A stretch of 64,000 nucleotides of DNA from Candidatus Thorarchaeota archaeon (lineage in GTDB: Archaea; Asgardarchaeota; Thorarchaeia; Thorarchaeales; Thorarchaeaceae), in contig JBHIAE010000004.1 of assembly GCA_046758445.1 (NCBI GenBank), positions 41,547 to 105,546 of the forward strand, given 5' to 3'. Every line of letters begins with the position of its first letter. The first letter of the stretch is position 1. The position numbers and the translations under genes are program-made. Below the pieces are notes generated by a model, which saw only the letters and a program-made list of their open reading frames with translations, was not told the DNA's origin and made no database searches. Positions 10,057-19,993 of the stretch are shown here, one piece after another.

Positions 10057-11076
10057 GTGATCCGGATGTCCCTGAGGTCCTACATTGTCACCCGTATACT
10101 GATGACGATTCCAATGATCATGCTTCTGCTCACATTCGTGTTTGTCATAATCCGTGTCATTCCAGGTGATCCAGCCCTTCTGCACTTCGAGAAGAATGTA
10201 GATCCTGCGGTCTTAGAAGCGTTTCGTACAAGGCTGGGACTGGACAAACCAATACACGAACAGTTCATTGACTACCTAGTGGGACTGCCTCAAGGAGATT
10301 TCGGACTGTCAATGCAGGACTACAGCCCAATCAGCTCTCATATCGTTGCTAGGTTCCCAGCAACACTCGAGCTGACTATATACTCGATGCTCTTTGCTGT
10401 GCTTTTAGGAGTCGCCCTTGGGGTTCAAGCCTCAAAGAACTATGACACTATGAAGGACTACACGATCAGGACTTTCGGAATCGTGACCTATGCGATTCCA
10501 GTCTTCTTTCTGGGCATGATTCTCCAGTTCATCTTCTCAATATACCTCGGGATACTGCCTACCGGGACCCGCTTCTCTCCACGGTATACGCCGCCAGATA
10601 CGATAACTGGCCTCTATACTATTGACAGCATTCTCACGGGCAACTTCGAGGCGTTTATAATCTCGTTCAGATACTTGTTGTTGCCTGCAGTTACACTGGG
10701 TACAGTACTATGTGGCATCTTCATCCGACTGACGCGTACAAACATGCTTGAAACTCTCAGGATGGACTTTGTTGTAGCGGCTAAGGCCCGAGGGCTGTCA
10801 GAAGGCACTGTAACATACAGCTACGCTCTCAAGAATGCGTTTCTTCCAGTCTTGACTATGATCGGCCTACAATTCGCCGCCCTGTTGGCAGGAGCAATTC
10901 TTACAGAAACAACCTTCAGCTGGCCCGGACTTGGAACGTACCTTGTGCAGAGGATTGCCCACCGTGACTATACGGCCATCCAAGGCACCGTGGTCTTCTT
11001 TGGGATTCTTGTCAGCTTGGTCACGCTGTTCGTTGACATACTGTATGCGTACCTAGACCCGCGCATAAGGCTCTAA
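10057..11076 (+). CDS. Peptide ABC transporter permease (DppB/OppB-like)
   Basis: PGDP, GLDKP, RFPATLELT, AKARGL (EAA loop) and YAYLDPRIR. Confidence 0.95.
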   Translation: MIRMSLRSYIVTRILMTIPMIMLLLTFVFVIIRVIPGDPALLHFEKNVDPAVLEAFRTRLGLDKPIHEQFIDYLVGLPQGDFGLSMQDYSPISSHIVARFPATLELTIYSMLFAVLLGVALGVQASKNYDTMKDYTIRTFGIVTYAIPVFFLGMILQFIFSIYLGILPTGTRFSPRYTPPDTITGLYTIDSILTGNFEAFIISFRYLLLPAVTLGTVLCGIFIRLTRTNMLETLRMDFVVAAKARGLSEGTVTYSYALKNAFLPVLTMIGLQFAALLAGAILTETTFSWPGLGTYLVQRIAHRDYTAIQGTVVFFGILVSLVTLFVDILYAYLDPRIRL

Positions 11077-11088
11077 GGAGGACTTGCT

Positions 11089-12348
11089 GTGGAAAACGAG
11101 AAGATAGTAAGTGGAATGTTCTTCCGGGTTGGAAGAGTTCGGGACACTCTCAAGGACCGATCGAGAAAGTGGTGGGTTGGATTCATCGTCATTGTCGGGG
11201 GATCGCTAGTCCTGATCTCATCCTTCATCGGGCTCGCCGCGAGCTCGGGCAGTGGGGTTGGAGTTCAAGTCGTCATTATCACAATCGTAATAGGGCTTCT
11301 AGTCTTGATGGGTAGGTGGCTTGGGAGTGGTATAGAATCAGAAAGAAAGCTGATTGCTCGATTGGTGACGCTCCTGCCTCTCATACTCTTCGGACTGATT
11401 GCAGTGATCACTCTGCCGGTCATATTTGACCCTATTGGCGGTCTGGGACTCTATCTAGCCCTCCTAGAAGGGGGCTTTGTAATGTTTCTGATAATGCTGG
11501 TTCTGCACGATGGCTATCCCATGCTCAAGGATAGAGGCACTCCTGGCCTCATCACAATGGCCGGTTTCCTGATCGTCTTCGCAGTGTTATACATGACTGC
11601 GATATCACTCTGGATTGTTCCGTATAATCCCGGACAACTGACCGTTGGGCCACTGTTGGGACCACCCTCGCCGAATTATCCACTGGGAACGACGTCACTG
11701 GGCCAAGACCTACTCAGTCGAACGGTATCAGGCGGGGCAGTCATGCTTCAGGTTGCGGCCGTGTCAGTGGCCGTATGTTTCTCGATTGGAGTACCACTAG
11801 GACTCGCCACTACATACAGAGGGGGAAACGTGGAGAAAGGGACAGGAATTGTGATGGACAGTATCTTCGCGTTTCCAGGCCTTGTCCTTGCCATCGCCAT
11901 CTCTGCGATGCTTGGACCAGGTGTGGTCAACATGGCACTGGCTATAGCTGTTGTCTACATTCCCTCGTACTACAGAGTAGTACGGAGCCAAGTGCTCAGC
12001 ATCAAAGAACTCCCGTACGTTGAGGCGGCAGTGGTAATGGGGGCCAGAAACCGAGACATCATCTTCCGATACATTCTGCCGAATCTACTTCCCTCAGCTG
12101 TTGTGGTGATGTCAATCAACTTCGCTGATGCGGTCCTCACGGCAGCAGGACTGACCTTCATCGGTCTGGGATTGCCTGTCAATGTGCCAGACTGGGGCTG
12201 GGATCTCACGTTTGGTTCCCACCAGTACATAACGGGCGCCTGGTGGGTAATCACCTTCCCAGGAGTCATGATAGTGATTCTTGCTCTTGGATTCACCCTC
12301 GCGGGAGAGGGCCTCAACGAGCTTCTTACGCCCAAGCTGGAGGAGTGA
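11089..12348 (+). CDS. Peptide ABC transporter permease (DppC/OppC-like) with an extra N-terminal TM block
   Basis: PLGTTSLGQDLLSR, YVEAAVVMGA and PDWG motifs; about 150-aa hydrophobic N-terminal extension. Confidence 0.92.
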   Translation: MENEKIVSGMFFRVGRVRDTLKDRSRKWWVGFIVIVGGSLVLISSFIGLAASSGSGVGVQVVIITIVIGLLVLMGRWLGSGIESERKLIARLVTLLPLILFGLIAVITLPVIFDPIGGLGLYLALLEGGFVMFLIMLVLHDGYPMLKDRGTPGLITMAGFLIVFAVLYMTAISLWIVPYNPGQLTVGPLLGPPSPNYPLGTTSLGQDLLSRTVSGGAVMLQVAAVSVAVCFSIGVPLGLATTYRGGNVEKGTGIVMDSIFAFPGLVLAIAISAMLGPGVVNMALAIAVVYIPSYYRVVRSQVLSIKELPYVEAAVVMGARNRDIIFRYILPNLLPSAVVVMSINFADAVLTAAGLTFIGLGLPVNVPDWGWDLTFGSHQYITGAWWVITFPGVMIVILALGFTLAGEGLNELLTPKLEE

Positions 12349-12354
12349 GGACCC

Positions 12355-13365
12355 ATGGCTGACATTCTCTCAATAAACGACCTCACAGTGGAGTACGTCA
12401 CACGTAGAGGCACAGCACGTGCCGTAGACAAGGTGTTCCTAACGCTAGAGGAGAACAAGACCTTGGGTCTGGCGGGCGAATCGGGATGTGGAAAATCCAC
12501 TCTGGGCCGTTCGATAATGCGCCTTGTTCCTCATCCTGGTCGAATCGTTAAAGGGAGCATTGTCTTCAACATCAAGGAGGAAATTCAGTTCAATAAGCAT
12601 TCTATCGAGAAAGGCAACGTAAACCTCATGGAGTTGAATGAGGATCAGATGAGGAGACTCCGCGGAGAGGAGATTGCCTACATCTTCCAAGACCCGATGA
12701 CATCTCTCAACCCGATGTTGAGTATAGGTGAACATTTCACACAGCTCATGAAGGCACACGATCCAACCATCGAGAAAGAAGCTGCTATCGATAGAGCACA
12801 AGAGATCCTTGATAGCCTGGGAATACTTCCAGAAAGAACAATCGATTATCCTCACCAATTCTCTGGAGGTATGAGACAGAGAGTGATGATAGGCCTGGGG
12901 CTGGCCCTGCGACCAAAGCTCCTAATCTCGGATGAGCCAACTACCTCTCTGGATGTCATCGTCGAGGCTCAGATACTAGAGGAGATGGCTGCACTCAAGG
13001 ATGAGTTCAATCTCACAATGATTCTAATAACACACAACCTTGGCGTTCTGGCGCAGACAGCGGACGACATAGCCATCATGTATACAGGAAGACTGATGGA
13101 GTTGGCACCTACGGATGTGCTGTTCGCGGAACCCTTGCATCCATATACTCAGGAGCTGCTGAAGGCCGTTCCCGATGTTACGAAGCCTGAGAAGAAACTA
13201 TCCTGGATTCCAGGTGCACCACCAGACCTTGTTGACCCGCCACCAGGTTGCATGTTTCACCCAAGATGCCCCTATGTCATGGACATATGTAAGGTGGAAG
13301 TACCGCCTCTGATACCGAGCAAGACAGGCGGGGTGGTTGCTTGTCACCTGTATAATGGAGGCTGA
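12355..13365 (+). CDS. Peptide ABC transporter ATPase (DppD-like)
   Basis: GESGCGKS, FSGGMRQR, DEPTTSLD and C-terminal GCMFHPRCP Fe-S region. Confidence 0.95.
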   Translation: MADILSINDLTVEYVTRRGTARAVDKVFLTLEENKTLGLAGESGCGKSTLGRSIMRLVPHPGRIVKGSIVFNIKEEIQFNKHSIEKGNVNLMELNEDQMRRLRGEEIAYIFQDPMTSLNPMLSIGEHFTQLMKAHDPTIEKEAAIDRAQEILDSLGILPERTIDYPHQFSGGMRQRVMIGLGLALRPKLLISDEPTTSLDVIVEAQILEEMAALKDEFNLTMILITHNLGVLAQTADDIAIMYTGRLMELAPTDVLFAEPLHPYTQELLKAVPDVTKPEKKLSWIPGAPPDLVDPPPGCMFHPRCPYVMDICKVEVPPLIPSKTGGVVACHLYNGG

Positions 13366-13368
13366 ACC

Positions 13369-14346
13369 TTGAAGATCATAGAGGTGAAAGACGTCAAGAA
13401 GTACTTTCCAGTACAGAAGAGCTTCCTTGATTCGCTGGTTTCAAAGGATAAGGAATATGTGAGGGCAGTGGACGATGTTTCCTTTGCCGTGGAGAAGGGA
13501 GAAGTCCTGGGCCTGGCGGGGGAGAGTGGTTCGGGTAAGACCACGACTGGGAGACTCTGTGTACGCCTCATCGAGCCAACAGAGGGTCAGATCTTGTTCG
13601 ATGGGAAGGACATCGCGAAGCTTCGAGGTAAGGAGCTTCGCCTCATGAGAAGGAGAATACAGTTCACCTTTCAAGATCCCACATCCTCTCTGAATCCTCG
13701 ACGAAAGATTGGTGATGCTATTGGAGATGCACTCAAGCTGCAACAGATCGGCACGCCTGATGAGAGGAAGGAGCGAGTGGAAGAGGTACTGGATAGAGTA
13801 GGACTCTCACCTGCGAGTTCCTTTATTGACAGACTGCCACACCAGCTGAGCGGTGGTCAGAAGCAGCGTGTCGTCTTTGGCAGAGCGATTGTGTTGAATC
13901 CTGAGTTCGTCGTCACTGATGAGCCCGTTGCCATGGTCGATGTCTCAATAAAGGCGCAGATTCTGGAACTGATGATGGATCTGAAGAAAGAGTACGGACT
14001 GACATATCTGTTCATTTCTCACGACCTTGCGACATCCAGACACGTGTGCGACAGAATTGGCATCATGTATCTTGGGAAGATAGTCGAAGTGGGTGACAAG
14101 GATAGCATCTACGAGGATCCATTGCATCCATACGCCGTCGGCCTAATCAGTGCCATCCCTGTGCCAGACCCGAAAGTGAAGAAATCAGAGGCGATACCTC
14201 GCGGGGAGATTCCAAGCCCGATCAATCCCCCCAGTGGCTGCAGGTTCCATCCTCGATGCCCCAAGGCATTTGATAGGTGTCCGCTGGAAGAGCCGGAACT
14301 GCGAGATGTTGGCAACGGTCGTCTTGTTGCATGCCATCTGTATTGA
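13369..14346 (+). CDS. Peptide ABC transporter ATPase (DppF-like)
   Basis: GESGSGKT, LSGGQKQR, DEPVAMVD and GCRFHPRCP. Confidence 0.95.
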   Translation: MKIIEVKDVKKYFPVQKSFLDSLVSKDKEYVRAVDDVSFAVEKGEVLGLAGESGSGKTTTGRLCVRLIEPTEGQILFDGKDIAKLRGKELRLMRRRIQFTFQDPTSSLNPRRKIGDAIGDALKLQQIGTPDERKERVEEVLDRVGLSPASSFIDRLPHQLSGGQKQRVVFGRAIVLNPEFVVTDEPVAMVDVSIKAQILELMMDLKKEYGLTYLFISHDLATSRHVCDRIGIMYLGKIVEVGDKDSIYEDPLHPYAVGLISAIPVPDPKVKKSEAIPRGEIPSPINPPSGCRFHPRCPKAFDRCPLEEPELRDVGNGRLVACHLY

Positions 14347-14393
14347 GTTCAGAGCCAGTCATCATTCGTGTGCTCGATATCCACTGCAAGATC

Positions 14394-15278
14394 TCATCCC
14401 CTCTTTCCGGCCTCGTCGAGCATGCAGTCCAGAACACTCTGCCAGATGGTCCCGTCATCACGCATCTTGTTCTCGAAGTTGTTGGTGTTGATCCATTCTT
14501 GAAGGGCTCCGTCAGCCTTCGAGGTGAAAGCATCGTCCACGGAATCAAGATAGCCCAGTGTCTTCAATGCTTCCTGAATCTTGACGGCCAAGTCGCCCTC
14601 TATTCGAAGAAGCCTACTCGGATCCTCTCTACTGAGGAGTGTCATGTCATAGAGAGAGAAGACGCGTTCAAGCTCCTCAATTGGACTCGGATGATCGTCG
14701 ACCCTGACGTCAACGTATCTGTCATTCCCGCCTTCGTATCCGCCCGCCTCTCGTACAACCAGAATGGCCGCAGACTGCATTCCTCTCCTGTCACCGCCTG
14801 CCGCTTGCCCAGCCCTCAGACTTGCAAGCAATCTGTCTATCAAGTCACCGTCTGTTCCTTCGTACGCGTCTGCCATGTTCTTTACAACGGCTTCTCCTGC
14901 GAGGATGTTTCCTTGGCATGCATAACCATCACCTACTATGTGACCCGCCCACTCCATGCACTCGCTTCCCGTGTGTGCAACTGCACGTCCTTTGGCGTCG
15001 ACAATCCCGACCTGACGATGCTCAGCCTTTTCGTCATCGCTGAGAAGTGCCTTCAGTGTTTCAGAGGCACTCTTTCCAGCCAGCATTAACTCTAGCCCTC
15101 TTGGACCATAAGACGAATTGGCCCAGGCCTGAGTAGCAACGGCTCCAACCTCGGCCGCGGCCCAAGGCACGATTGCTCCGACGGCCGGAAACTTCGACTG
15201 CACGACGATTCCTAGGTCTCCATTAGTAGGGTCCCTTGCTACGATGGAGAACGTGCAGAGGTTGCTAACTTCCTTCAT
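14394..15278 (-). CDS. DUF1028 Ntn-hydrolase family protein with C-terminal PG-binding-like domain
   Basis: TFSIVARD, GAVATQA, QGNILAG, GGDRRGMQSAA and DVRVDDHP motifs. Confidence 0.88.
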   Translation of the reverse strand: MKEVSNLCTFSIVARDPTNGDLGIVVQSKFPAVGAIVPWAAAEVGAVATQAWANSSYGPRGLELMLAGKSASETLKALLSDDEKAEHRQVGIVDAKGRAVAHTGSECMEWAGHIVGDGYACQGNILAGEAVVKNMADAYEGTDGDLIDRLLASLRAGQAAGGDRRGMQSAAILVVREAGGYEGGNDRYVDVRVDDHPSPIEELERVFSLYDMTLLSREDPSRLLRIEGDLAVKIQEALKTLGYLDSVDDAFTSKADGALQEWINTNNFENKMRDDGTIWQSVLDCMLDEAGKRG

Positions 15279-15452
15279 GGTTCGTTGTCCTCCTTTTCAT
15301 GGTTGACGCATGAATCTTCGTTCCTCTTTAGCCCATCGGTGAAAGTGACTAGAGTTCCAATGCAGAACAAGCAATTCTTAAGAGATGGAACTGCCTGTGG
15401 TCTGGTTGCCGTTCCAGCCATGTGCCAGGACTTACTGAGAGGTCTGCTCTCA

Positions 15453-15947
15453 ATGGCCGAGATCCACATCAGGTATGTCACAAGCACCGGACTTGAGAAG
15501 AGTCTAGAGATCAGAGCCAGCGAAACATACGTCAATCTGGACCTGCGTGACATCGCATCAATAGACTTGCTCCCTCTAATCTGGTGCACTGGCCTCGAAG
15601 AGCTCAGCATTCGGAATAACAAGATCTCATCTGTGGACCTGTCACCGTTGAGTAAGTGTAAGAAACTGCAGTCCCTCAGACTGAGCAACAATCAGTTGGA
15701 AGAAATCGATCTCACTCCACTTGGATCTTGTCCGGAACTTGCGGAGCTGGCACTCCAGGGTAACCGATTTAGAAGGGTTGACATATCAGCTCTCTTTCAT
15801 TGCCAAGATCTGACCGACCTCAAGCTTGACGACTCAGTCACACTTCTAGCAGACCTCACGCTGAAGTCTGTGGGCAGTTGGCCGGAAGTTCTGGTGGAGC
15901 GATTTCATAGAATCCTCTGGAAGGTTCCTGAACCTCTGCGAGGTTAG
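15453..15947 (+). CDS. Leucine-rich repeat protein
   Basis: About four 24-aa repeats of type IDLxPLxxCxxLxxLxLxxN; probable ATG at 15453 (track starts at 15285). Confidence 0.88.
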   Translation: MAEIHIRYVTSTGLEKSLEIRASETYVNLDLRDIASIDLLPLIWCTGLEELSIRNNKISSVDLSPLSKCKKLQSLRLSNNQLEEIDLTPLGSCPELAELALQGNRFRRVDISALFHCQDLTDLKLDDSVTLLADLTLKSVGSWPEVLVERFHRILWKVPEPLRG

Positions 15948-15958
15948 ATGAAGAAAGA

Positions 15959-15985
15959 CGGATCCGGGATTTCGTTCCGGGTCCG
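15959..15985. terminator. GC-rich hairpin between convergent genes
   Basis: CGGATCCGGGA-tttcg-TTCCGGGTCCG. Confidence 0.5.
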
Positions 15986-16019
15986 AACGTTGTCATGATT
16001 CTGACAGAGATTGAGGATA

Positions 16020-17021
16020 CTAACGCCGGGCTCTGACTATGACTACTAGTGCAACCGCAGTGACTCCTCCAGCTAGTACCAGCAACTGAATGTAGTCTAT
16101 TCCGAAGAACGTCCAAGTTGTCGCTAGTTGAGAGAGTCCAATCGTTGGGTCGTAGTCTAGGTCATCACTGCCGAAGTTCTCGAATGCCAGGTAGATTGAC
16201 TTACCTTCCTGAGGTCCCAATGCGTCACCATGTGAGGCGTGCACTTGAACCTGATGGCTCGCGTTGCCGGCAAAAGCATTCTGAGCGTACTCCATCCAAC
16301 CATGCCCGAATGTGAACCTATTACCTTCGTGCTCAATGATGTCCACCTCCCGAGGTGATTGAATACGATTATGCTCGGATTCAGACACAGTGAACTGGAA
16401 GACAAGGATTGAGTCGTTGTATGTCCACTCCCATCCTGAGATGCGCAAGTCGAACTTGAATTGGTCCGGAGTTGCTAGGTAGAAGTGTACTCGGATTTGA
16501 ATCTCAACAACCATTGGATTCATGTGACCGGGCATTCCTGGCATTCCAGGCATTGTCGTGGTCATTCCAGCGCCTTGATGCGAGTAGGTTTCCGTGCTTG
16601 TGAAGTTGAAGTGTATTGCCGTGACAACACCGTTCTGTTCCTCTTCCACAAATCCATTGAACTCCCAACCTGCTACAGGCAACACAAACATGGCACCAAC
16701 CAACCGATCCTCACCAGGTACGAACATACCATCGCCATTCGTGTCATTTGCCTCGAATAGTCTGAGGAACATTATGTGGTAGTCAGTACCAGGGTCAGTT
16801 TCGTTCCACCAACGAAAGTGCGGGACCTCACCATTGGAGCTGACCATCACACCAATCTCACCTGTTGTGATGGTGGCAACTCCCATCGAGTACTGGTGTT
16901 GCATTCCGCGATGGGGCTGTGCAACTGCAAAAGGCGCTGACACAAGAAGCACCAATGCAGCAAGCGTGACTAATACTCCTTTGTTGAACATCTTAGACGT
17001 CACCAAGATGTGACTCATCAA
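16020..17021 (-). CDS. Secreted, C-terminally anchored protein of unknown function
   Basis: Signal peptide, DxNGDG Ca-loop-like motif, FKFD and YDPTIG motifs, TM + RARR. Confidence 0.75.
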   Translation of the reverse strand: MMSHILVTSKMFNKGVLVTLAALVLLVSAPFAVAQPHRGMQHQYSMGVATITTGEIGVMVSSNGEVPHFRWWNETDPGTDYHIMFLRLFEANDTNGDGMFVPGEDRLVGAMFVLPVAGWEFNGFVEEEQNGVVTAIHFNFTSTETYSHQGAGMTTTMPGMPGMPGHMNPMVVEIQIRVHFYLATPDQFKFDLRISGWEWTYNDSILVFQFTVSESEHNRIQSPREVDIIEHEGNRFTFGHGWMEYAQNAFAGNASHQVQVHASHGDALGPQEGKSIYLAFENFGSDDLDYDPTIGLSQLATTWTFFGIDYIQLLVLAGGVTAVALVVIVRARR

Positions 17022-17095
17022 ATATGTATATAATAGTTCTATTCCACGTCTATAGAATTCGGACTTCGATACCTCTCGAAGTGATTTTCATCAAC

Positions 17096-17953
17096 TCAAG
17101 GTATCGGAGCCGAGCTAATCAAGGCCAAGAGTAGAAGATTAAGATTCATCACAACCAGTGTCACAATCGCGGCCCTCGAGTATCTCACTGCCTTGGCCCT
17201 CGCGACAGCTACTGTCAGAATGAGGATACTCCAACATATGATTGCGGTCAAGAGTATGGTGAGGGGCCACCCGCTGAGTATCTCAACGGATGGGATGAAG
17301 TAGAACATCATCTCTACGAGAATGTGTGGCACAAACGCTAGGGGAACTGACGCGAATAGACCCTTGGAAAGGCCTTGTTTGCGAAGGATTGGAGCCGAGA
17401 GTGCTTCAACGAGTAGGTAGGTAGAAATCCAAGATCCCAGTGCTGCTAGGATAGTGACTCCGGCGTCAAACCCTCCCTGAAGGAAGAATAGGAAGACGGG
17501 CAGAAGTCCTACCTCGGAGGCAAAGTAACCGTAAAGACCAAGGAATATTACAGTCTCAAAGAAGAATCGCCAGGGATCGGATTGAATTCGCACTACAATT
17601 GGCTTCAACGCGGTGAGGTCAACAATGATGGCTCGGTTGGTGCTAGATTGCTCTATATCCTTTATAGCCATACCTGCCTGGTCCTCGCCTTGTAGAATGA
17701 TTTCGTATGCGGCCTGGCCCAGTTCTGTAAGCGCATACAACTTGTTACCTGTACGCTTCAACAAAGGCTCTTCAGACTTCGCCAGATGATCTAAATGAAA
17801 ATAGAGCGTCCCTGGCTCAAGATCTAGCTCAGTCAAGTCAGTGTAGGAAACGGCCCCTTGGTCGCCAATCATTACGATGATCTGTCTTCGGATGGTGTGT
17901 GACAGAGCACTAAACACTGAGTCCAACACCGAGTCCTTGTCGATCAGATTCAT
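17096..17953 (-). CDS. ArsR-like wHTH regulator fused to a multi-TM domain
   Basis: FSALSHTIRRQII, PGTLYFHLDHL and YALTELG, then about 5 TM; start at 17953 avoids overlap with the upstream gene. Confidence 0.8.
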   Translation of the reverse strand: MNLIDKDSVLDSVFSALSHTIRRQIIVMIGDQGAVSYTDLTELDLEPGTLYFHLDHLAKSEEPLLKRTGNKLYALTELGQAAYEIILQGEDQAGMAIKDIEQSSTNRAIIVDLTALKPIVVRIQSDPWRFFFETVIFLGLYGYFASEVGLLPVFLFFLQGGFDAGVTILAALGSWISTYLLVEALSAPILRKQGLSKGLFASVPLAFVPHILVEMMFYFIPSVEILSGWPLTILLTAIICWSILILTVAVARAKAVRYSRAAIVTLVVMNLNLLLLALISSAPIP

Positions 17954-18009
17954 CCCTCGTTGCAATTCTCTTGGTTCGCAGGCACGACCGCATCCACTTA
18001 TTCGTTTCT

Positions 18010-18771
18010 CTACATTCGTGTTGCGTTGACCACGAGATTCCTCGAACTCTCCGGTTTGAAGGGACTTCGATTGTAGTCTGAGAAGAACTCTGTCCGTCCA
18101 AAGCCAGCCTTGGTCAACATACTCTTCACAACTTCCAGATTTGTGTGCAGGATGGGCTGAGTAGAGATACTTGTGACCCACTCCTTGCCTTGCCTGACAA
18201 AGGAGGAGGCAACCAGAGTCGAATGGGGTCCCTTGCCGTGTTCGTACAATCTGGAGAAGATTACTTCCTCGCCACTGCTCGTGACTCCACCCTTGAGTGG
18301 GAAAAACCGAAAGCCCGAGAGAAGGATCTCTTGGAAGTTGAGTACTTGGATGATGAATATGCCCTGAGGGCTTAGAGAAGAGTAGACATCCTCAACCACA
18401 CTCTCGAGAGTTTCCTTATTGGGCAAAAGCGCAAGTGAGTTTCCAAGGCAGATCACTACATCAAACTGTTCCTCAATCACGGAGCGGAAAGTCATCATTT
18501 CTGCTACACGGAAATCAACAGCTACGCCGCGTTCCTTAGCTAGCCTCTTGGCGAAGTCTATCATGACTGGGCTGATGTCAAAACCAACAACTTCCATTCC
18601 ATTCGCGGCCATCTCTACTGAGTGCCGGCCACTTCCGCATGCCATATCGAGAACGCGACTCAGACCTGACTTGGGAATGCCTTCGAGCAAGAACGGCATC
18701 TCTCGCTTGAGCCGCGCATCCCAGTCAATCGAGTTGTTGTAGGCCAATGCAATCTCATCAAACGAACTCAT
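18010..18771 (-). CDS. Class I SAM-dependent methyltransferase
   Basis: VLDMACGSGRH and FDVVICLGNS. Confidence 0.92.
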   Translation of the reverse strand: MSSFDEIALAYNNSIDWDARLKREMPFLLEGIPKSGLSRVLDMACGSGRHSVEMAANGMEVVGFDISPVMIDFAKRLAKERGVAVDFRVAEMMTFRSVIEEQFDVVICLGNSLALLPNKETLESVVEDVYSSLSPQGIFIIQVLNFQEILLSGFRFFPLKGGVTSSGEEVIFSRLYEHGKGPHSTLVASSFVRQGKEWVTSISTQPILHTNLEVVKSMLTKAGFGRTEFFSDYNRSPFKPESSRNLVVNATRM

Positions 18772-18776
18772 TAGTT

Positions 18777-19619
18777 CTAGCCTCTCGAACGAGATGGATC
18801 TATCTCATCATGGCTGAAAAGTACCCGACCTTCCATTCCACCGGCTACGTTGATTGTCTGCCCGCTGACGTGGCCCGAGAGTTGTTCGGAAGACAGGTAG
18901 AGTACTGTGTTTGCAATGTCCTCGGCCGAGGCGACTTTGCGCATTGGTATCGTTTGAAGGATTCTTCTCACCTTTTCATGGTCTTTGAGTGCGTAATCTG
19001 CCATTGGAGTGATAGTCCATCCTGGGTTCACCAGGTTTACTCTACCCTTACGTGCAAGATGAACTATCTCGTTCTTCAGACTCAGCATGAGACCATTGAG
19101 TGCTGCTTTCGAAGTCGCGTAGTCACAATACCATGCCTCTCCAAAGAAACCTGCCGTGGAGCCCATCAAGACCAGTGATGCGAATTCTCCGGGATGGCGT
19201 TCAAGATTGGCAAAGAAGTGTTTGACACAGAGGAATGTGCCTGTCAGGTTCACAGAGAGTGTATTCTCCCATTGCTCAAGGCTCATTTCTTGTACGCCCT
19301 TTCTTTCGGGGTTGACAATGCCCGCGCTTGGCACCATTATGTCAACCCTCCCAAAGGCAGCGTTTGCGTTGCGGAAGAGTAGCTCTACCTCATCCTCTTG
19401 GGACACGTCAGTCTGGCTGATAATCAAATCATCCGGCCATTTCTCCTGCAGGTCAACTAGCCCTCTCTTGGAAGTCCTGTAGGACGCTGTTACTCTGGCA
19501 TCCTCCTCAAGGAAGACTCGAGTAATCTCGATTCCAATTCCCCCGGAAGCTCCGGATACAACGGCATGTCGATTCTGAAGACCAGTGTCCAAGGTATCGC
19601 CTCCATGTGGTAAGTGCAT
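18777..19619 (-). CDS. SDR family oxidoreductase
   Basis: SGASGGIG, YATSK and VNPGW. Confidence 0.92.
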   Translation of the reverse strand: MHLPHGGDTLDTGLQNRHAVVSGASGGIGIEITRVFLEEDARVTASYRTSKRGLVDLQEKWPDDLIISQTDVSQEDEVELLFRNANAAFGRVDIMVPSAGIVNPERKGVQEMSLEQWENTLSVNLTGTFLCVKHFFANLERHPGEFASLVLMGSTAGFFGEAWYCDYATSKAALNGLMLSLKNEIVHLARKGRVNLVNPGWTITPMADYALKDHEKVRRILQTIPMRKVASAEDIANTVLYLSSEQLSGHVSGQTINVAGGMEGRVLFSHDEIDPSRSRG

Positions 19620-19705
19620 CTAAGACTGGCAGATATCTCCCTTTCAAGGGTTATGACGGTCTTGGTAATGCCCTGTTCTCATTCTTCTCATGGTTATGAA
19701 TCAAG

Positions 19706-19993
19706 CTACTTTCTCAGAAGCAAAGTCAACTGTGCACCAATCATTGAGTCGGTTCCATGCACATTGACCATTCTACAGGCTACTTCGAGATTAAGACTGT
19801 AGAGGCATAGACGCATGTTCATGAGATTGGGGACTCTGATAACCAGTTGTTTCTTCATGAGCCGACGTAGTGCATCAGTCACAGTCCGGGATGGAATCTT
19901 GGATTTCCGGCCAATCTCCTTCGGAGACATAGGACCATGTCTGACAAGACTCTGGAGCACTGTGAGCGCACTCGCCGACAGGCCATACGACAT
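19706..19993 (-). CDS. Small winged-helix DNA-binding protein
   Basis: GPMSPKEIGRKSKIPSRTVTDALRRL; start overlaps the stop of the upstream gene. Confidence 0.8.
   Translation of the reverse strand: MSYGLSASALTVLQSLVRHGPMSPKEIGRKSKIPSRTVTDALRRLMKKQLVIRVPNLMNMRLCLYSLNLEVACRMVNVHGTDSMIGAQLTLLLRK

Noticed and set aside
14277-15089. 270-aa plus-strand ORF and many other overlapping track ORFs
   Set aside because: They are antisense or off-frame shadows of well-supported genes and carry no motifs
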